Shown: positions 1 through 14,165 of the stretch, piece after piece
Position numbering within the stretch: the stretch's first letter is position 1
Layout: every line of letters starts with the position of its first letter
DNA from: Chlorokybus atmophyticus
Lineage: Eukaryota; Plantae; Mesostigma and Chlorokybus algae
Direction of reading: 5' to 3'
Assembly: GCA_009103225.1 (NCBI GenBank)
Contig: RHPI01000772.1
Span: forward strand, 351,538-415,537
Length of the DNA stretch: 64,000 bases
The notes under the pieces: generated by a model
Told to the model about the DNA's origin: nothing
Seen by the model: the letters and a program-made list of their open reading frames with translations, nothing else
Databases searched by the model: none
Made by a program: the position numbers and the translations under genes

Positions 1-134
1 GCCTGAGACAACTTACCATAGTAAGAACACTGTCACCAAGTGCACAGAACAAGCATGCACACGCACTCTGGCGTGCACACGCGCCTGCAAAACAAGCATA
101 CACACGCAAGCACACACAAAGGGCTTGAAGTGGT

Positions 135-987
135 TCAACTTACAAAAGCCCTCGCCATGGTCTGGAAATGCATGATGTGTGCCACCGGCCACATTTGCGG
201 CGGCCTTGTGCCGCTCGCGCTCACCCAACACAACATGCATGGCAGCCACTGTACCCCTAACAGTGATGCATGAGTCGCGGACGGACACGCATATGCGCAT
301 TTGAGTAAGAAACAGTGCACATGCATGAGGCACGCACCCAGCACTAGCAAGTGATCGCTTTACGATCTCAGACCCATACGGAAAGCCTATTGTGCGCGCT
401 TCCCTCTCGCTCAACTTGCCATTGACCACCTTGTCCACGTACCTAAGCACACATGCGATTGTTGCATGAGCTCATACATAAGTGCGTGTATGCAGCTGCG
501 CTAGTTACGTGTACACATCTGCATCTGAGTGTTTGCACCCTGCGCAATAGATTGAAACTGTGCGCATGGATACAACATGCAACACATATGTCATGTTGTG
601 CGTACGTTTCCGTATGGACCCTTGTCAAGTCGTCCAACGAGGCCGCAGGAGCTTCTATGAACTCCATTAAAGGGGTGAGCGTCGGGTCGGAAGCAAGCAG
701 CGCACGCGTAGCCGCATATCTAACAATTGACAGACGCGCAAAATGAATGAGAGAGAGTGCTGTGTGCACATACATCACAACACCCACTTGTCCATTGGGA
801 AGCGGTGGTTGTCGGGTAGCGTAACTCGGTGATGGTCACTATAGTAAGCTTTCATTCGCTGCAGACCTAGCGTGCGCGGCGTGCTACTGCTTGCTTGTGC
901 AGTGACATCTGCAAACAGCAAGAAAACCGCACAGAGATTGAGTTGTGACACTACAGTCAATCTGGGCACAGGCAAGGTACCTTGCAT
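135..987 (-). CDS. Histone deacetylase-family protein (class IV / bacterial AcuC-like), 5' part; gene continues past the window start
   Basis: GT-AG exons at about 987-981, 908-788, 719-606, 441-339 and 257-135 splice in frame to ...[31 protein letters not shown]...[16 protein letters not shown]...IGFPY...SAGGTVAA...[17 protein letters not shown]. GGxHHA and GxGFC are HDAC motifs. The start codon is uncertain (987 or about 856). Confidence 0.85.
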
Positions 988-1684
988 GTTTACAGGGCAG
1001 TTGATACCAACGCAAGCAGGCAATGCTGTGGGCTTCAGCACATTAACAAACGCTAAGCTGACGAACCTGTTGTTTCTGTTCTTGTGTTTGTTGCTGGGGA
1101 GGTCAATGTTGCAAGTCTGGTGCGCGCAAACAGCTTTCCACAAGCCGCTTTGTCATGAGGACAACGATCCCAATTAGCGCATGCACAACCACTACTGCAG
1201 CTGTATTGCTGTTGCAAACAACGCCTTACACACAATGCATCACGCCTGTCAGCATAAGCACGAGCATTGCTTGCAAGCATGAGCACGAGCTTGATCCTGA
1301 GAATGTGACAGCAGCAGGCATGCACAACAAGGTTGGGAGAGTACTCTTCAGGCTTGCAGAAGCTGATATTAACGACAATTTGACAGGCAGCAGCGTCCAA
1401 GCTTGACCACGAACTGCTATGCCAGCTATAAACAGTCAGAGACTGCCTGGCCAACCTGAGCCAAGCTGTCGCTGCGCTGCGCTCCAGGATAGGGCCGGCG
1501 GCGGCGGCAGGGGATGGGGCGCACTACTCCACATGGCCAGAGCCCCATCCGCCGTCGCTGTCATCCTCCTCGCCGCCGCTGTCGCCAATCTCATCAGCCC
1601 GGACTGCGTCGATGACAGCTTAGCTTGCCGCTTGCTAGACCAGGCGGCGGCGTCGCTGTCCTCGTCGTTGCTCTCGTGGTTGTC

Positions 1685-3315
1685 ATGGACAACCAAGGCT
1701 GGGAGGACCTCACGGGCGACGGAGGTGTTGTGAAGCGGGTGGTGCGGGCGGCGCCGGCCGGCGCTGCGGCGCCCTCCCAGCAGACGCCTGTCGTGGATTG
1801 TAAGCTGCGCATGTGCATGCATGCGTTTTGTGTCAGTGTATTGCAGTCGAAGGGTTTACATTACTGACAATGCAACCTATCTCAGTGGTTTAACTGCCCA
1901 GTCAAACATGCTCGCACTCTGTGATGACGATACATCTCCGGCCAGACAGTTGTGTGAGTGGTACCGCTGCCCCTGGCAGTGGTTGTTTACTTGGTTTGTC
2001 AGTGAATTGCTTCGTGTACAAATTTGACAGTTCTACAGTGCCGTGCATGTCCATGCAATGCAGTGTGTTGGCATTCAATGCAGTGCATGCATGCTGAGCG
2101 GTTATAGACACGCAATGTTGCGCCCATGCATATGTTTTGTGTCATTCTGTCATGGTGAGCTCTGGTTGTGATGTACACAACATGCTGTGGTGGTGACTCC
2201 GCAGTGCAGTATGAAGGTCGCTTCTCCGATTCAAACGGCAGCGTGTTTGATTCTACCGAAGACGACAACTCCATCTTCTCCTTTCAGATCAACACGAAGA
2301 AGGTCATTCGCGCGTGGGACGTCGCAGTGCCCGGGATGCGGGTGAGGATGGGTTTGACGTCTCTTGTTATGTTTGAGACGGTACCAACTTATATGTTTGA
2401 ACCAGGTTGGAGAAGTCGCTGAGATCATCTGCAGACCAGACTATGCATATGGTGATGCAGGTGCCCCTCCCGACATACCTCCTGGGTGCGTTGAGCATGG
2501 TGTGAGTGTGCTGTTGTGACTCGACATGACAGAGCGGGTTTGGTCACTTGCTCAGAATAGGTGCATGAACTCAGGACACCTGTGATTTGTGATATCTGTC
2601 TGTTTCGCTCAATGGTTTCACGTTGTAGTGCACAGCGGAGCAGGCACGCGTGCGCTCACGCGTGCATACATACACACGCACTGGCAACAGCGCGCACATG
2701 CTCGGTCGCTTGCTCACTCGTTGTCACATTGTTCTTGTAATGTGCAGAGCTACACTGTGGTTCAAGTTGGAGCTGAAGGACGCGCGAGTGCCACGTGGAG
2801 CTCAGTCAAGCTCAGGAGTGCCCGATGCTGACCGGTTGAGGTGAGATGTCGTGCTGCGGTGTAATTGTGAGCACAGCTGCTTCTTGTACAGCATTTCATG
2901 TGAGTACGACAGCTGCTCAACTGTGCTTCCATTTGGTCTCCTGTATAGCTGTACATAGTCAATGTTATGTTATTTGCTTTGACGTCAGTGGTGTGTCCTT
3001 TGCTGGTCGCTGCTTCAGAGCTGCTTTCATGCAGTGTCTCATAAAGGAGTAGTAATGTTTGACTTGCATTGCTATCAATAGTTGTTTGCACTGCTGATTG
3101 CTACATCAGCATTGCAAACTACTACTCAGGCCAAGTATGTCCCGACTGCACTGGTTAATGGCTCGTTTATTGTTTTCAGTGCATTGAGGAAAGAGCGGGA
3201 GCTGGCTGCAGAGAAGCGGGAACTGGAGAAGCAAAAGCGGGAAGCAGCCAAGGCAGCAGCGGCGGCGCGGTTGGCAGACAAAGGCCCAAAAAAAGGGGGA
3301 AAGTCCAAAAAGTAG
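1685..3315 (+). CDS. FKBP20-1: FKBP-type peptidyl-prolyl isomerase, FKBP20-1-like
   Basis: Five exons (about 1685-1790, 2204-2341, 2407-2486, 2748-2840, 3180-3315) give MDNQGWEDLTGDGGVVKRVVR...VQYEGRF...FDST...[49 protein letters not shown]...EAAKAAAAARLADKGPKKGGKSKK. This matches the remembered plant FKBP20-1 layout, including the basic tail. Confidence 0.93.
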
Positions 3316-4566
3316 GTGGTATGGTATGAGTGCCTCAAGCTGCGGGCGTTGCGGAGTGTCGAGTTCTGATTGTATGCCTTCCTGGTAATTGGAAGGGCTA
3401 TACATGGGGAGCAAGTGGGAGGGGTTTGAAAATGACCCAAGTGTAAACAGACACCAGTCGAAGTCTGGTTGCACATGCTGTTTCACGGGCCGTAGGATCG
3501 TTTGGGCAGGCCCACGCTCGCAATGAATTGTGATGCTGTTAGTGTGGTGCTGTTAGAAAAGCTGTGGCTTGGTGCAATAGAATGCCGTCAGTTGACAGTC
3601 TCTTGACTGCGTCTTGTTTCCATTTTGTATACACCAACGCAAGGTTGAAAAATCAATAGGAAAGCTTATGGCAGAATGGGAACTAGTTTATGTGCCGCAA
3701 TGACGAACGAGGCTAATGAGACTTGGGTACTGCAAACCTTGGGATTGCGGTGCTTGTTAATTGACCAATGTATGGTGCCGCTGCCTAATACAATGCCAAT
3801 GCACTCGATAGACAATATTACAATCCGATGGATATAAGAAGAGCGAGACAGGTGACAATGTGAAGTGGAAAATGTTAGCAAACTCTCACACACGCATACC
3901 AAGTATGGTATGTGCAACAAGTATTGCTGAAAATCATGCAGCTGACATGCAAAGTAACAACGACTTGTTGTATAACGCATGTGAATGCACAACAAGCATA
4001 AGGGTAAATGCTTGCATTTACAAAACCCGCCTGATATCATATGATGTCTACTATTATTGTACTGCATAGGGACAATAGACGGCTGCAGAGTGTAAGCAAA
4101 CATAACATAGCACATACCAGCAAACACAATCATGGTATAATAACCAATTTATTTACATCAGCATAATCAAGGCGCTGATCTATAGTGCATCAATGCAAGG
4201 CATGAAAGCGCTCAATTGTAGTTGTATGAAAGGACTGTGTACGTTACGTTTACTTTAATGCCCGCATTCAATGACCTCCTATCGTGAGACCTCGTCTTAT
4301 GAAGTCCACTTTCACGCCACATAGCTATAATCACTATATCATTTGAAGGATGGTATGGTGATCAGATTGACATGTCCTATGTGCCATCACTTTGAACGGT
4401 ATCAATGTGTTGGATTGACTTGTCACATTGATAACGAGTTCACAATGGAGATCTCAGCAAGAGTTGGGGTTTTAATAAAATGTATGTATCTCAGCAGGCA
4501 TGACATCTAGACCTTTGTTGCATTAACGGTATCGACATATGTTGATGCATTTGTCGATACTATTAA

Positions 4567-4867
4567 TGTAACATTTGGGGCCCGACCACTAGGCTATGGT
4601 AGTAAAAGACACTACCATGAGTGAGGTCTGCCACAATTTATCCCGATTCGTGACATTCCTCCCTAATTTAACCCATGAGTTCCTCATAATCTAATGAGGC
4701 ACTAGCCCACGTCGCCGATTCGCGGCCGTACCACGATCGGTCTGCCCGCGGCCTGTTGGATCCGGCCCACGAACACTCCTGACCGACCGACCTGCCATCC
4801 TCACCGTGCGACCTGCCATCGCAGCGCGACCGCTTACGCGGCCTTAGGTTAATACCTCTATGTCACA
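4567..4867. mobile_element. Possible solo LTR (about 300 bp)
   Basis: Begins TGTAACA and ends TGTCACA, with an internal hairpin ATGGTAGT-aaaagac-ACTACCAT. No TSD (attaa vs aattg) and no second copy in the window. Confidence 0.3.
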
Positions 4868-7409
4868 AATTGGGATAGTCAATGAAACAAGTTTTGGTCC
4901 ATTTTAGCATCTCTTGATCACCCTTGAGCACTGTTAGCAGTGTGTAAACTTCAAGCACAGCTGAATATTACGGAAAACGCTGAAGCATGCAACAAATGAA
5001 TGATGGACATGGTAACAAACCTATTTCGCTATTGTCTGATCTACACATAAGATCATAGGAGCTGCTTAAAGCAAGCTCAAGCATCAAAAGGCGTGTCGCA
5101 CGATCTGAGAGGACGCTTTTCAAAGATGGCTGGTGCTGAGTTTGCAGGCTTGAGACTTTGGAGAAATTGCCCAATCCTAAGTGAAATCGCTGACCTCGCA
5201 CTTTTCAAGTTATGAAAGCTCCATCAACGTGCATTGCTTGGCGCGCAGGTTTTTAAAGAGTTCCGGCATGGAACTCGCGCTGTATGCAGCCGTATCTAAA
5301 CTCAGGTCGTCCGGACTACGCGCGCAACGCCCTACCAACTAGTCTACGCCATGCGACAAACGGCTCATTTGTTGCATAGAACACCATGACCAATGCTGGC
5401 TGCCGTGGCAAGACATCAAAAAGTGTTTTTAACTTGGGATTTTTATTGTGGTCGTGGTGCAACTGGTTGCGCGCCTGCCTCACATCCGCGCAGCGGGAGT
5501 TCAAAACCCAGCAAACGCCCTCACATTGAGTGCCGTTGTTAACTTTGCAGTGCGCGCCGATGGCGTGGAGTTAATGGAACTCTTATATCCTGCAACCTTA
5601 AAGCGGAGAATCATACCATGTCCAGAGACGCGGGAGTTAATGGGGTTCTCGTATTTCTCTTGCTGTAAGAGGCCTCACATGTGAGGCTGACCACCCAGTG
5701 CCAGGCCTTTTCTCTACAACTTAGCTAGCTACCGCAACTGAGCAATAGCATACATGTGCATACACTATGACTCATACAACGATGTATGCAAGACAGCACT
5801 ACTCAGTGTCTACGCAAAACCGTCATAGCAGGGGATGTCCGGAGTCCTTCTCGTCGCACACCGCAGGCTCCCCAAAACACACCCGTGAAAAAGGCTGTCC
5901 TCCAGTCTTCCTTCGCACACCGCTCCCAACACAGCTCACCGCCTATTCAATACAAAGCAGGGGGAAGGCCCCTTAAACAGCTACCACCAAGCACCCGTCA
6001 CACAGTGAGCATAAGAAGTCCCACGCTTGTGATTGTCTGAACACCGGCAATCTCTCCTTATATACTCATATCTGCTGCCTTCCACTTGGCCACGTATTGC
6101 CAGCAGAGGTGCGCCTTCTCAGCCAGCTGGCTAAGTGCCCTCTCTACCACACGTGCTGACCTCAGTTATGCTCTGCCACCTTGGGTTATCGTGCTAACGG
6201 TCAAACACATCAATTGACTGCGCAGTGCCTGCTTGCCTTAGCAATGAACCCTTCCGTGGATGACTCATACATGACTCATATATCACTCGCATCAAATACC
6301 AACACGGGGTTGTCCTCACATAAGGCAACAGAGCAGTTACATCACATCATGTGTCTGCATACGAATTGGCCATGTTCTGGCTCCTTTCAGCACTTGTACA
6401 TTTCCCCCTTCAAGGCTAGTTGCAAACCGGAATCTACTATGCATTGTACACACACATGAAAGCAGCAGTCATTTGCAACCAACTGTCAAGCTATGATATA
6501 GCAAGCAATACATGAGAACGAGTAAAGCCTTGCCTCTTGAGCGTGATATTAAATATTTAATAAATTATAGATTGAGTTGGAAAACGTAAAAAGCTCCGTT
6601 TAATGTTGCACCAAAAGTGTCTCTCCCGGATTGTGCGACATGCTAGAAGGGGCCGATTGCAAGTAGCACATCAGAGTATACGTAGACAATAGAATAACGG
6701 CATTTTACTTGCGCAGAAAATGCGGCAGCAATGCGCTACGTGCTAGGCTAATGGCACTAGCGATTGCCGTCGAGAGCGGGAAGGTGTCGTGCAGGTGTAC
6801 GGCGCATCAGCAAAGAGGGGCGAGCTTGTAATATAATACCTCAAAACTTGTGAATGTATTATGTATTATATTACAGTTACGGTTACAATTTATATTACAG
6901 TTAATTGAATCTAATTCAATAAGATCATGACGTGATAGATATCATTGCGCGCGCATATGATGCATACTATATGATGCATACTTACATATATGCTAGACCA
7001 TATGGTCTGCCGTATTTGCCTTGATTAAAGCCTCCCTTGTTTACAAAAGCTCCCCACCCACTTATTAAGGGAGAACTAAGTTGCAATGAATGCCTTCCAT
7101 CAATTGGGGCAGTATCTAAGGAAGGGGGGATATCCGGTGAGATATCGTAGTACAACTTAGCATGGGCTTTAAGCTGGTCTTAGCTCCATCTAAATGCGCA
7201 AGCATCTAGAGCACGACGCATTTGCATCACTGCTGCACTACCCTGTGATTGTGTCCAATGGTTTAAAGCCGCCGACTGCACTCGAGATGTGTAATATCCA
7301 CGTCTGTAGCGTTTATTGTGAGAATGATTACTGCATACCAATACGCAATACATAAGATATGAAGATTGCGCATCGCCGGTAAGCGTGCACAGCCACAGAA
7401 GGAACCAGG

Positions 7410-8919
7410 CATGTCGTCGCAAATTTTACACGGTGACTGACAAGGGACTGAGGGACTGACGGGTGCCTGACCCTGCCTGACCCTACCGGATTGGTCCATA
7501 AAGGGACTTTTTAAGACGGCCGTTACTATTAAGCAACATATACCAACGGCAAGCGGTCGACCGTTAAGTACAATCGACGGCGGCCTGCCTGTGACGGCAA
7601 CACCGCACTTTAAGGTAACGGCCGATTGTCGGTCGTCCCAGTTGCGCGATGGCGACCTTCTGTATAGCAGATAGGTCACGATTTGATCACATACAGTAAC
7701 GGCCGACCGTCGGTCGTACCCTGACCGTCGAAAAGTATGCGCGACGGCCTGCCTACTTTGGCAAGCCAGTCACCGTTAGTCCCTATCAGGTGACCTTGCC
7801 GCATTTATTAAGTGACGGCCGATCGCCGGTCGTGCACTTAACGCGGCGGCGACCTACTTATTGTGTGTCAAGTATGATAAGCAAGTGACCGCCGGTCCCA
7901 AAAGGTCGACAAGTCGGGACAGTGGTACCGGCCGACAAGTCGAGACGCTGGTACAATGCAGCCGCCATGCTATGTCAATGGTACGAACAGTGCCATTGAT
8001 CGCAATGGCACTTTCGTACCATTATAATAATACGATAATGCCGTTGCGAGTCACGTTTCGAAAACGCGTTTGAATAACTTGGGCTGCTCAAGTTATTCAA
8101 ACGCTTAACGGCTTCAAATTGAACAGAGCGTTGTGGGCGGCGGCGGCGGCGGCAATGGCTAACAGTAGGTGAGCTTAGTTGTTGTCTGGCGTCGTACTAC
8201 GTGCAACACCGCATGCCATCTAACCACCCTCCTTGCCTTAGGGCGGCCAGGCCAGGCCAGGCTAGGCCAGACTAGGCCAGGCGGCGGCAGCGGCGACGGA
8301 GAAGGAAATGCGGCGGCGGAGCTGGAGTGGGCGGTGCAGGAGCCGCAGCTCAGTACAAGGGTAGTACTAGCAGCAGTACCTAAGGTAGTAGTCGCAGTAG
8401 TGGTAGTGGTAGCAGTAGTGGTAGTCTAATTGTACTAGCAGTAGTAGTAGCTCAATATATTACATTGTAACTGATTTATTCTTTTGTTTTTTTTTGTTTG
8501 TCACGCATTTCTACATAGCTGATGACGACAATCACGTGTGACACCTAATCATGACTGAGCGGTACCAGCAGGTACCTTTGAAGGTACACATCATTAACCT
8601 TAGGTACCTTAAGGTACCTGACAATTTCGCTCAGTTAGCGTACAGTCGCCGGTACCTAACTGATAGGTACCGGTCAATTATTTATTGGTTAGGTCAAGTC
8701 CCCTTTGCTTAACCGTTGAGTACCTGACATGCACCTATTAATTAGGGTCAGTCCCTTTATGCAGACAGCCGCCAACTAATGGTGACGGCCGTTATGCTCA
8801 GGTCCCTGTATCGAGATCGCCGGTAGACTGAAGGTCGACAGTAAAAATGAGTATCCTCAGGTGCACGGCCGTTGCCAAAATTCAGTCGGTCGGCAGGGGA
8901 AACATTTTGCGACGGTGTG
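7410..8919. mobile_element. Non-autonomous TIR DNA transposon (CACTA/CMC-like), copy 1, about 1.5 kb
   Basis: Termini CATGTCGTCGCAAATT and AACATTTTGCGACGGTGTG (consensus TIR about CACATCGTCGCAAAA), flanked by GG on both sides. Many subterminal GACGGCC/GGCCGTC, AGGGACT and GGTACC motifs. Collinear inverted homolog at 48922-50489. Confidence 0.75.
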
Positions 8920-11215
8920 GGTTAGTATGCGCAGATAGACGACATCACTTACATCAAAAGCCAATCAATCAAATGCGTTAAATGGATCCAATTCGCATAT
9001 GATGGAACAGACAGTAGCAGGAGCAGCAGCAAGCAGTAACCAAAAAACCAACATGTAGCACAACGACATTCATGTATATGGTATAAGTTATATTGTACAA
9101 ATGCAATCTGTGCGCACACAAAAACAACAATAGTGACATACAAACGAACAAGCAAGGCAACACACGTACAATACACCCGCGGCCATCACACAACTCTATA
9201 TTAAGCGACTTATGTGCAATGCAATGCCGTTGATGAAGCAAGTAATAGCAGCAGCAGCAAACACCAACCAACCAAGATGAGTGCACAAGTGCGGCAACAG
9301 TTTGTTAGATGGTAGGGGCTTGGCATCGAGCGTGGAAACGAACAGGAAGCACGTGTGTTGAGGTATATATGTGGTGTTGTGATGTGCTCCACGCCCCATG
9401 TACATGGTACGTATAATAACTTGCATATAATACGGTGCATGCTATGCGTGGCCCTTTCACTACACTACCGTATGTGCATGAGTAATGAACTCAGTTTCTA
9501 CCATGCCGGTTTAGCACAGGCAGCGTGTTTGGGCGCATGGCAAGTTAAAGGTTGAGAACCGTGCATTGGGAGGTTGTTTTGGCAACCTACGTTGATAACT
9601 TCACTTGGCCTTGATATCTATGCGCGGCAGTATCAGCACAGTCAACCGCACCGCCTTGTCGGCTCGCTTGCAAACCGGGAGTTGCTGCGCGCCGCAGAGA
9701 CGCACGTTTAGCTCGCATGATTGCAGTTGTCCGCTAGCGGAACAATTCGTCCCCCTTCACCCGCCTTATCCAAGTTAGCGGTGCATAAACGCCCTCGCAA
9801 ACAAGTTGCAGAACTAGGTCAATCCAAAGCTCGACGCTCAGCACGCCGCGCAATGCGAGAACTCGGCGCGCACTCACCGAGCAATTGCTTGAGCAGCCAC
9901 TTCGCCAGCGCAACACTACACCGCTCGTCCCCGGTTGATGGCTTGCGAACTGCTGAACGGTTGCCATCATTGTCCAAGAACCCGCCAAAACACGGTAACG
10001 ACTTGCCCGCAAGTACGTATCAAACTCCACATTCTCGTGCATTCTGACGCAGCCATACTGATGTAGCGGCGCGCATTCGGAGGCGACCGCTTCTCGCATG
10101 CTCGCGCTTAGCCGCCAACCGATCTAGCACGGCCTTGGTTACTCCGTCCTAGAAGATAAGCCTGGCCGCTGGCATGAAACCCGTCTACCACGCCCATCAG
10201 AGCCTATTTTGAAGGCTACAAAGTAGGACCATTCCCCTGCTGCCACCCTCATGGCGGCAATATGGATAAGAGGGCTGCATTATTGTTATGACACGCCTTT
10301 GATTGCAGCACCCTTGCTTCCCGAGGCTACAGCCGCACGTCCCAAACACTAAACGCGTACATTGCGACGTAAAGATTTGGTTGTAGATTGCCCCCCCGCG
10401 GCCCAAGACTTATAGCTATGGGTCGTAACCGACGAAGTGTCGAAATCAGAAAATGCCCGCCTGCGGGTTTCTCCGACGGTTCAGTGGGCGCGCCACATGG
10501 CACGGAGGCTGGCGATTTGCGGTCCTTTCCCGGCCCTGTCGCGGCTACAAGGCTGTCTAGTCATCTGACGGCGACACGAGAACGGTTCTTTCTGAGTGGC
10601 ACTTTGCACAATGGAGTGCAGTGTTGTGCAGATGAACGGCCCGTTCATGCCGCATTGTAACGGCTGCAGTTTATGCTGCGTCGGGCAAGCCGCCGAGGTG
10701 GAGTTTGTGCGTGCCGAACAGCGCTTAACGCTTAGAGTCTAGCCGCTAAGCACTAACTGGGAATGATGCCGATATCTAGTTGTTCATATGTGATGTCGAT
10801 GAAAGAAGGTACGGCTGGAGATGCAGCGCTGCGGTTTCGGCCGAACCGCGGTTAGCAATGAGGCAACGAAGGCGTCCAACTGCTGGACTATACGGCTAAC
10901 CTTACCACAAAATCCACCCTTGGCCTTGTCAGTGCCAGCTGGCGGCGGCGGCGGCAGCGGGAGTGGCGGCGGCGGCGGCGGTGAGGGCGGGAAGTGGAGC
11001 GGTGATTGTGGGGACTGGGTGCGGGCGGCGATCTGCGAAGGCCACGCTGCAAGGGGCGGAGCAGCTCGCGATGTCGTTGCACATGGCCTAGCAGGGACGC
11101 CCCTGGCCAGCAGAGCCTTCCGGTCGGTGGCATTGCCAGCGGCGTCGGTGGAGCGGTTGAAGGCGGTGCTTGTTCGGGGTGTGCCTCTTGTCTGCTTGGT
11201 GATCAGACAGCAGCA

Positions 11216-13024
11216 ATGCCAAAGCCTTGCGACGCGTGTCAGTCATCCAAGGCCGTGATATACTGCAGAGCGGACGCCGCCTCGCTCTGCGTCAACTGCG
11301 ACGCCAGAGTCCACTGCGCTAACAAGCTTGCCTCACGCCACGAGCGCGTTTTACTTTGCGAGGTACGATGGCCAAACAAGCCCCGCTTTCCTGTGCCCCA
11401 GTCACCCGTTCACTCACTGATCCCCCCAATCAGTCACTCATTGACGGACCCATGTAATGAACTTTTTATCCACCATCTCTTCCGCCTTGCCACCCTGAGC
11501 AAAGTCTCTGTTGTATGCCGCCCACCTTGACTGCTGCAGCTGCCTCCCACACAGACGCGAGGGCACGGACATTTGCATCTTGCACAGTATGCACTCTTTG
11601 AGGAAGAGAGGGATGGGGGCCGGAGTTGCTTGTGTGAAAGGCATTTCCAATCAGCACATGACTGTATTGTATGATGTCTGCCTCTGTTACGGACCACTGA
11701 TTGCTTGGCTGGTTGCTCCTGTAGGTCTGCGAGTTGCACCCAGCGGCGGTGTCGTGCAAGGCCGATGGTGCGACACTGTGCACAATTTGTGATGGTGAGA
11801 TACACTCTGCCAATCTGCTGTCATCACGGCACGAGCGGGTCACCGTGCACGGCTTCATGGAGGACAGTGATGAGGATGAGGATGGCAACGCTGGCAGCCA
11901 CGATGGCCATGCAGAGCAGCATCCCGCCGACACTACCTGGTTGCTGTCCGCTGCCAAGGCTGAGCACAAGTCTTCATCGAAGCTCCACTCTAGCAAAGGT
12001 GGGGACATGGACTTCTTTGGCCTCGACCCGTATGACAACTTAGACCTCGACTACTCGGACCTCCTCGTCCCGCCTGCTGACAGCCTCGTGCCCTCCTTGC
12101 CAATGCCCGTGGGGAAGCTACCCCATGATGACATGGACGCCCTTCCTTTCGCCCAAACCGCTCAGCTCTTTGGCCTTGCCAGCAAAGTGGACGTCGAGCT
12201 TGACAGCTTCAACAAGCAGGTTGGGATGCTGTGGGTTGGTGTGGAAGTGTGCACCTTGTGTCACCTAGGCTTACCTGCATCTGTGTGTGCATCCTAACAT
12301 GTATGTGCTCGTTGCTGCCCAGACACTTGCGGTCTTTGGAGTGGTCCCCACAGTCAAGGCGGAAGTGCCATCGCCTTCATCAGACAACGCAGTTGTGCCT
12401 GATCCCATTGGCTCCAGTGACCAGTTGCCCACGCCTCGCTCGGCGTTGTCTGCACCCCCAATGCCACTGTTGCGGCCCAGCCTGTCGCTCAACGTCGCAG
12501 CAATAGCTGCTGGCAACCCCAGCAGCAGCAGCGGCCTCTTGTCCCCTGGTCCTCTTTCACGCTCCGCTTCCACTCCCCTCCCCACAGCACCCTCGGTAAG
12601 CCACCAACGCCATGTGTGCGTGTGGCCACCGGCGTGGTTGTGACTTGACTTCTTCCATCAATGTTGGCTACATGCGCTGTGTGTGAGTGTGAGACTGAAC
12701 TTGTTGTGTTTGCAGCCTGCTGCCTTAACTCCCATGGCGCGGGAGGCAAGAGTCCTGCGCTACAAGGAGAAGCGCAAGAACCGCAAGTTTGAGAAGACCA
12801 TCCGCTACGCTTCAAGGAAGGCGTACGCAGAGAGTCGGCCACGCGTCAAGGGACGCTTTGCCAAAAGGGATCCGCCCTCGCCTGCAGCTGGAGGAGCAGC
12901 AGCAGCTCAGGCACAGCAGCAGCACCAGCACCACCAGCAGCAGCAAGCTTTTCAAGATGCTCAGCAACTTTTGAGCTCGCAGTTGTACGGTGTGCACGGC
13001 TTCTGCATGGTGCCGACATTCTGA
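11216..13024 (+). CDS. COL: CONSTANS-like protein with two B-boxes and a CCT domain
   Basis: Exons 11216-11362, 11725-12219, 12323-12595 and 12716-13024. B-box1 [42 protein letters not shown]-box2 [41 protein letters not shown] (approximate), [46 protein letters not shown]-terminus ...MVPTF*. Confidence 0.95.
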
Positions 13025-13911
13025 TGGAGCTCTATCCAGCTTCTCCGCCAGGCTCACACAAGCAAGACACCCACACTGAGAGACACACACATACACACAA
13101 CCACTCACACCTACATCTACACCCGTACACACAACTACACACACATACACACCCAAACCATGGTTGATTTTGTAGTACTTGCAGCAATGGCGCTATGCCA
13201 TGCTGCTGTACTATTGTATATTTTGCTAATAGGCTGCCAAGGCTTCCAGAGCGCGCGACGCTGCAAACCTCTGTTTGTGTATACATATGCCAACTCTCCC
13301 TCTTCAGTCTCTACCAGACTAAGTGTTAGCTACGCTAGGAGTTACAGCGCATAGCCTCGCTGACTGGCACTTGGTAGGCCTAGTATGTAAGAAGTCTTCT
13401 GTCATGACTGTGCTTGCTTGCCATGTATAGTCAGTCAGAGGCAGTGCTAATTGTCTGCACCCCAGGAAACTGAGACTACCACTAATGGTTGTGCAGCGCT
13501 TCAGTTTATGTGCAGTAGTTGTGCTGAACACAGAGTGGCTCAGTCTGGTGTCGTTGCCAGCGACAGCCTGGCAGCCAACCTCAACGCTTACATTTTGGGT
13601 TTTGCCCCCCACACGTTAAGCCACTGAATGCGCCACGGTAAGTTGCTCACTGTTGCAGCACCTTGGTCCTTATCCGTGTTCAGCACAACTTCGCTGGTTG
13701 GTTGCATGTTCACGCATATTTGCATGTGCTCTAGCTGCCCTGCTAAATACAGAGTGGCTCAGCCCGGTGGAAGTTGGTTTGTTGTTGTTGGTTGCACGTT
13801 CATGCATATTTGCATGTGCTCTACTGGCTTTGCATCTTTTTTACAGTAGTGCACCATTGCAAATGGCGCCGCTCAGTCAGTCAGTCTTTGCAACAGTTGT
13901 GTGGATGACCA

Positions 13912-14164
<253 letters not shown>

Positions 14165-14165
14165 N

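Noticed and set aside
4870-5690. Possible hAT-like transposase remnants (also 47470-47900, 16550-17050, 35440-35640)
   Set aside because: Only vague resemblance and many stops; cannot be supported without a profile search.
9650-10700. Short GC-rich ORFs upstream of the COL gene
   Set aside because: No motifs or consistent splice structure; likely promoter or UTR sequence.
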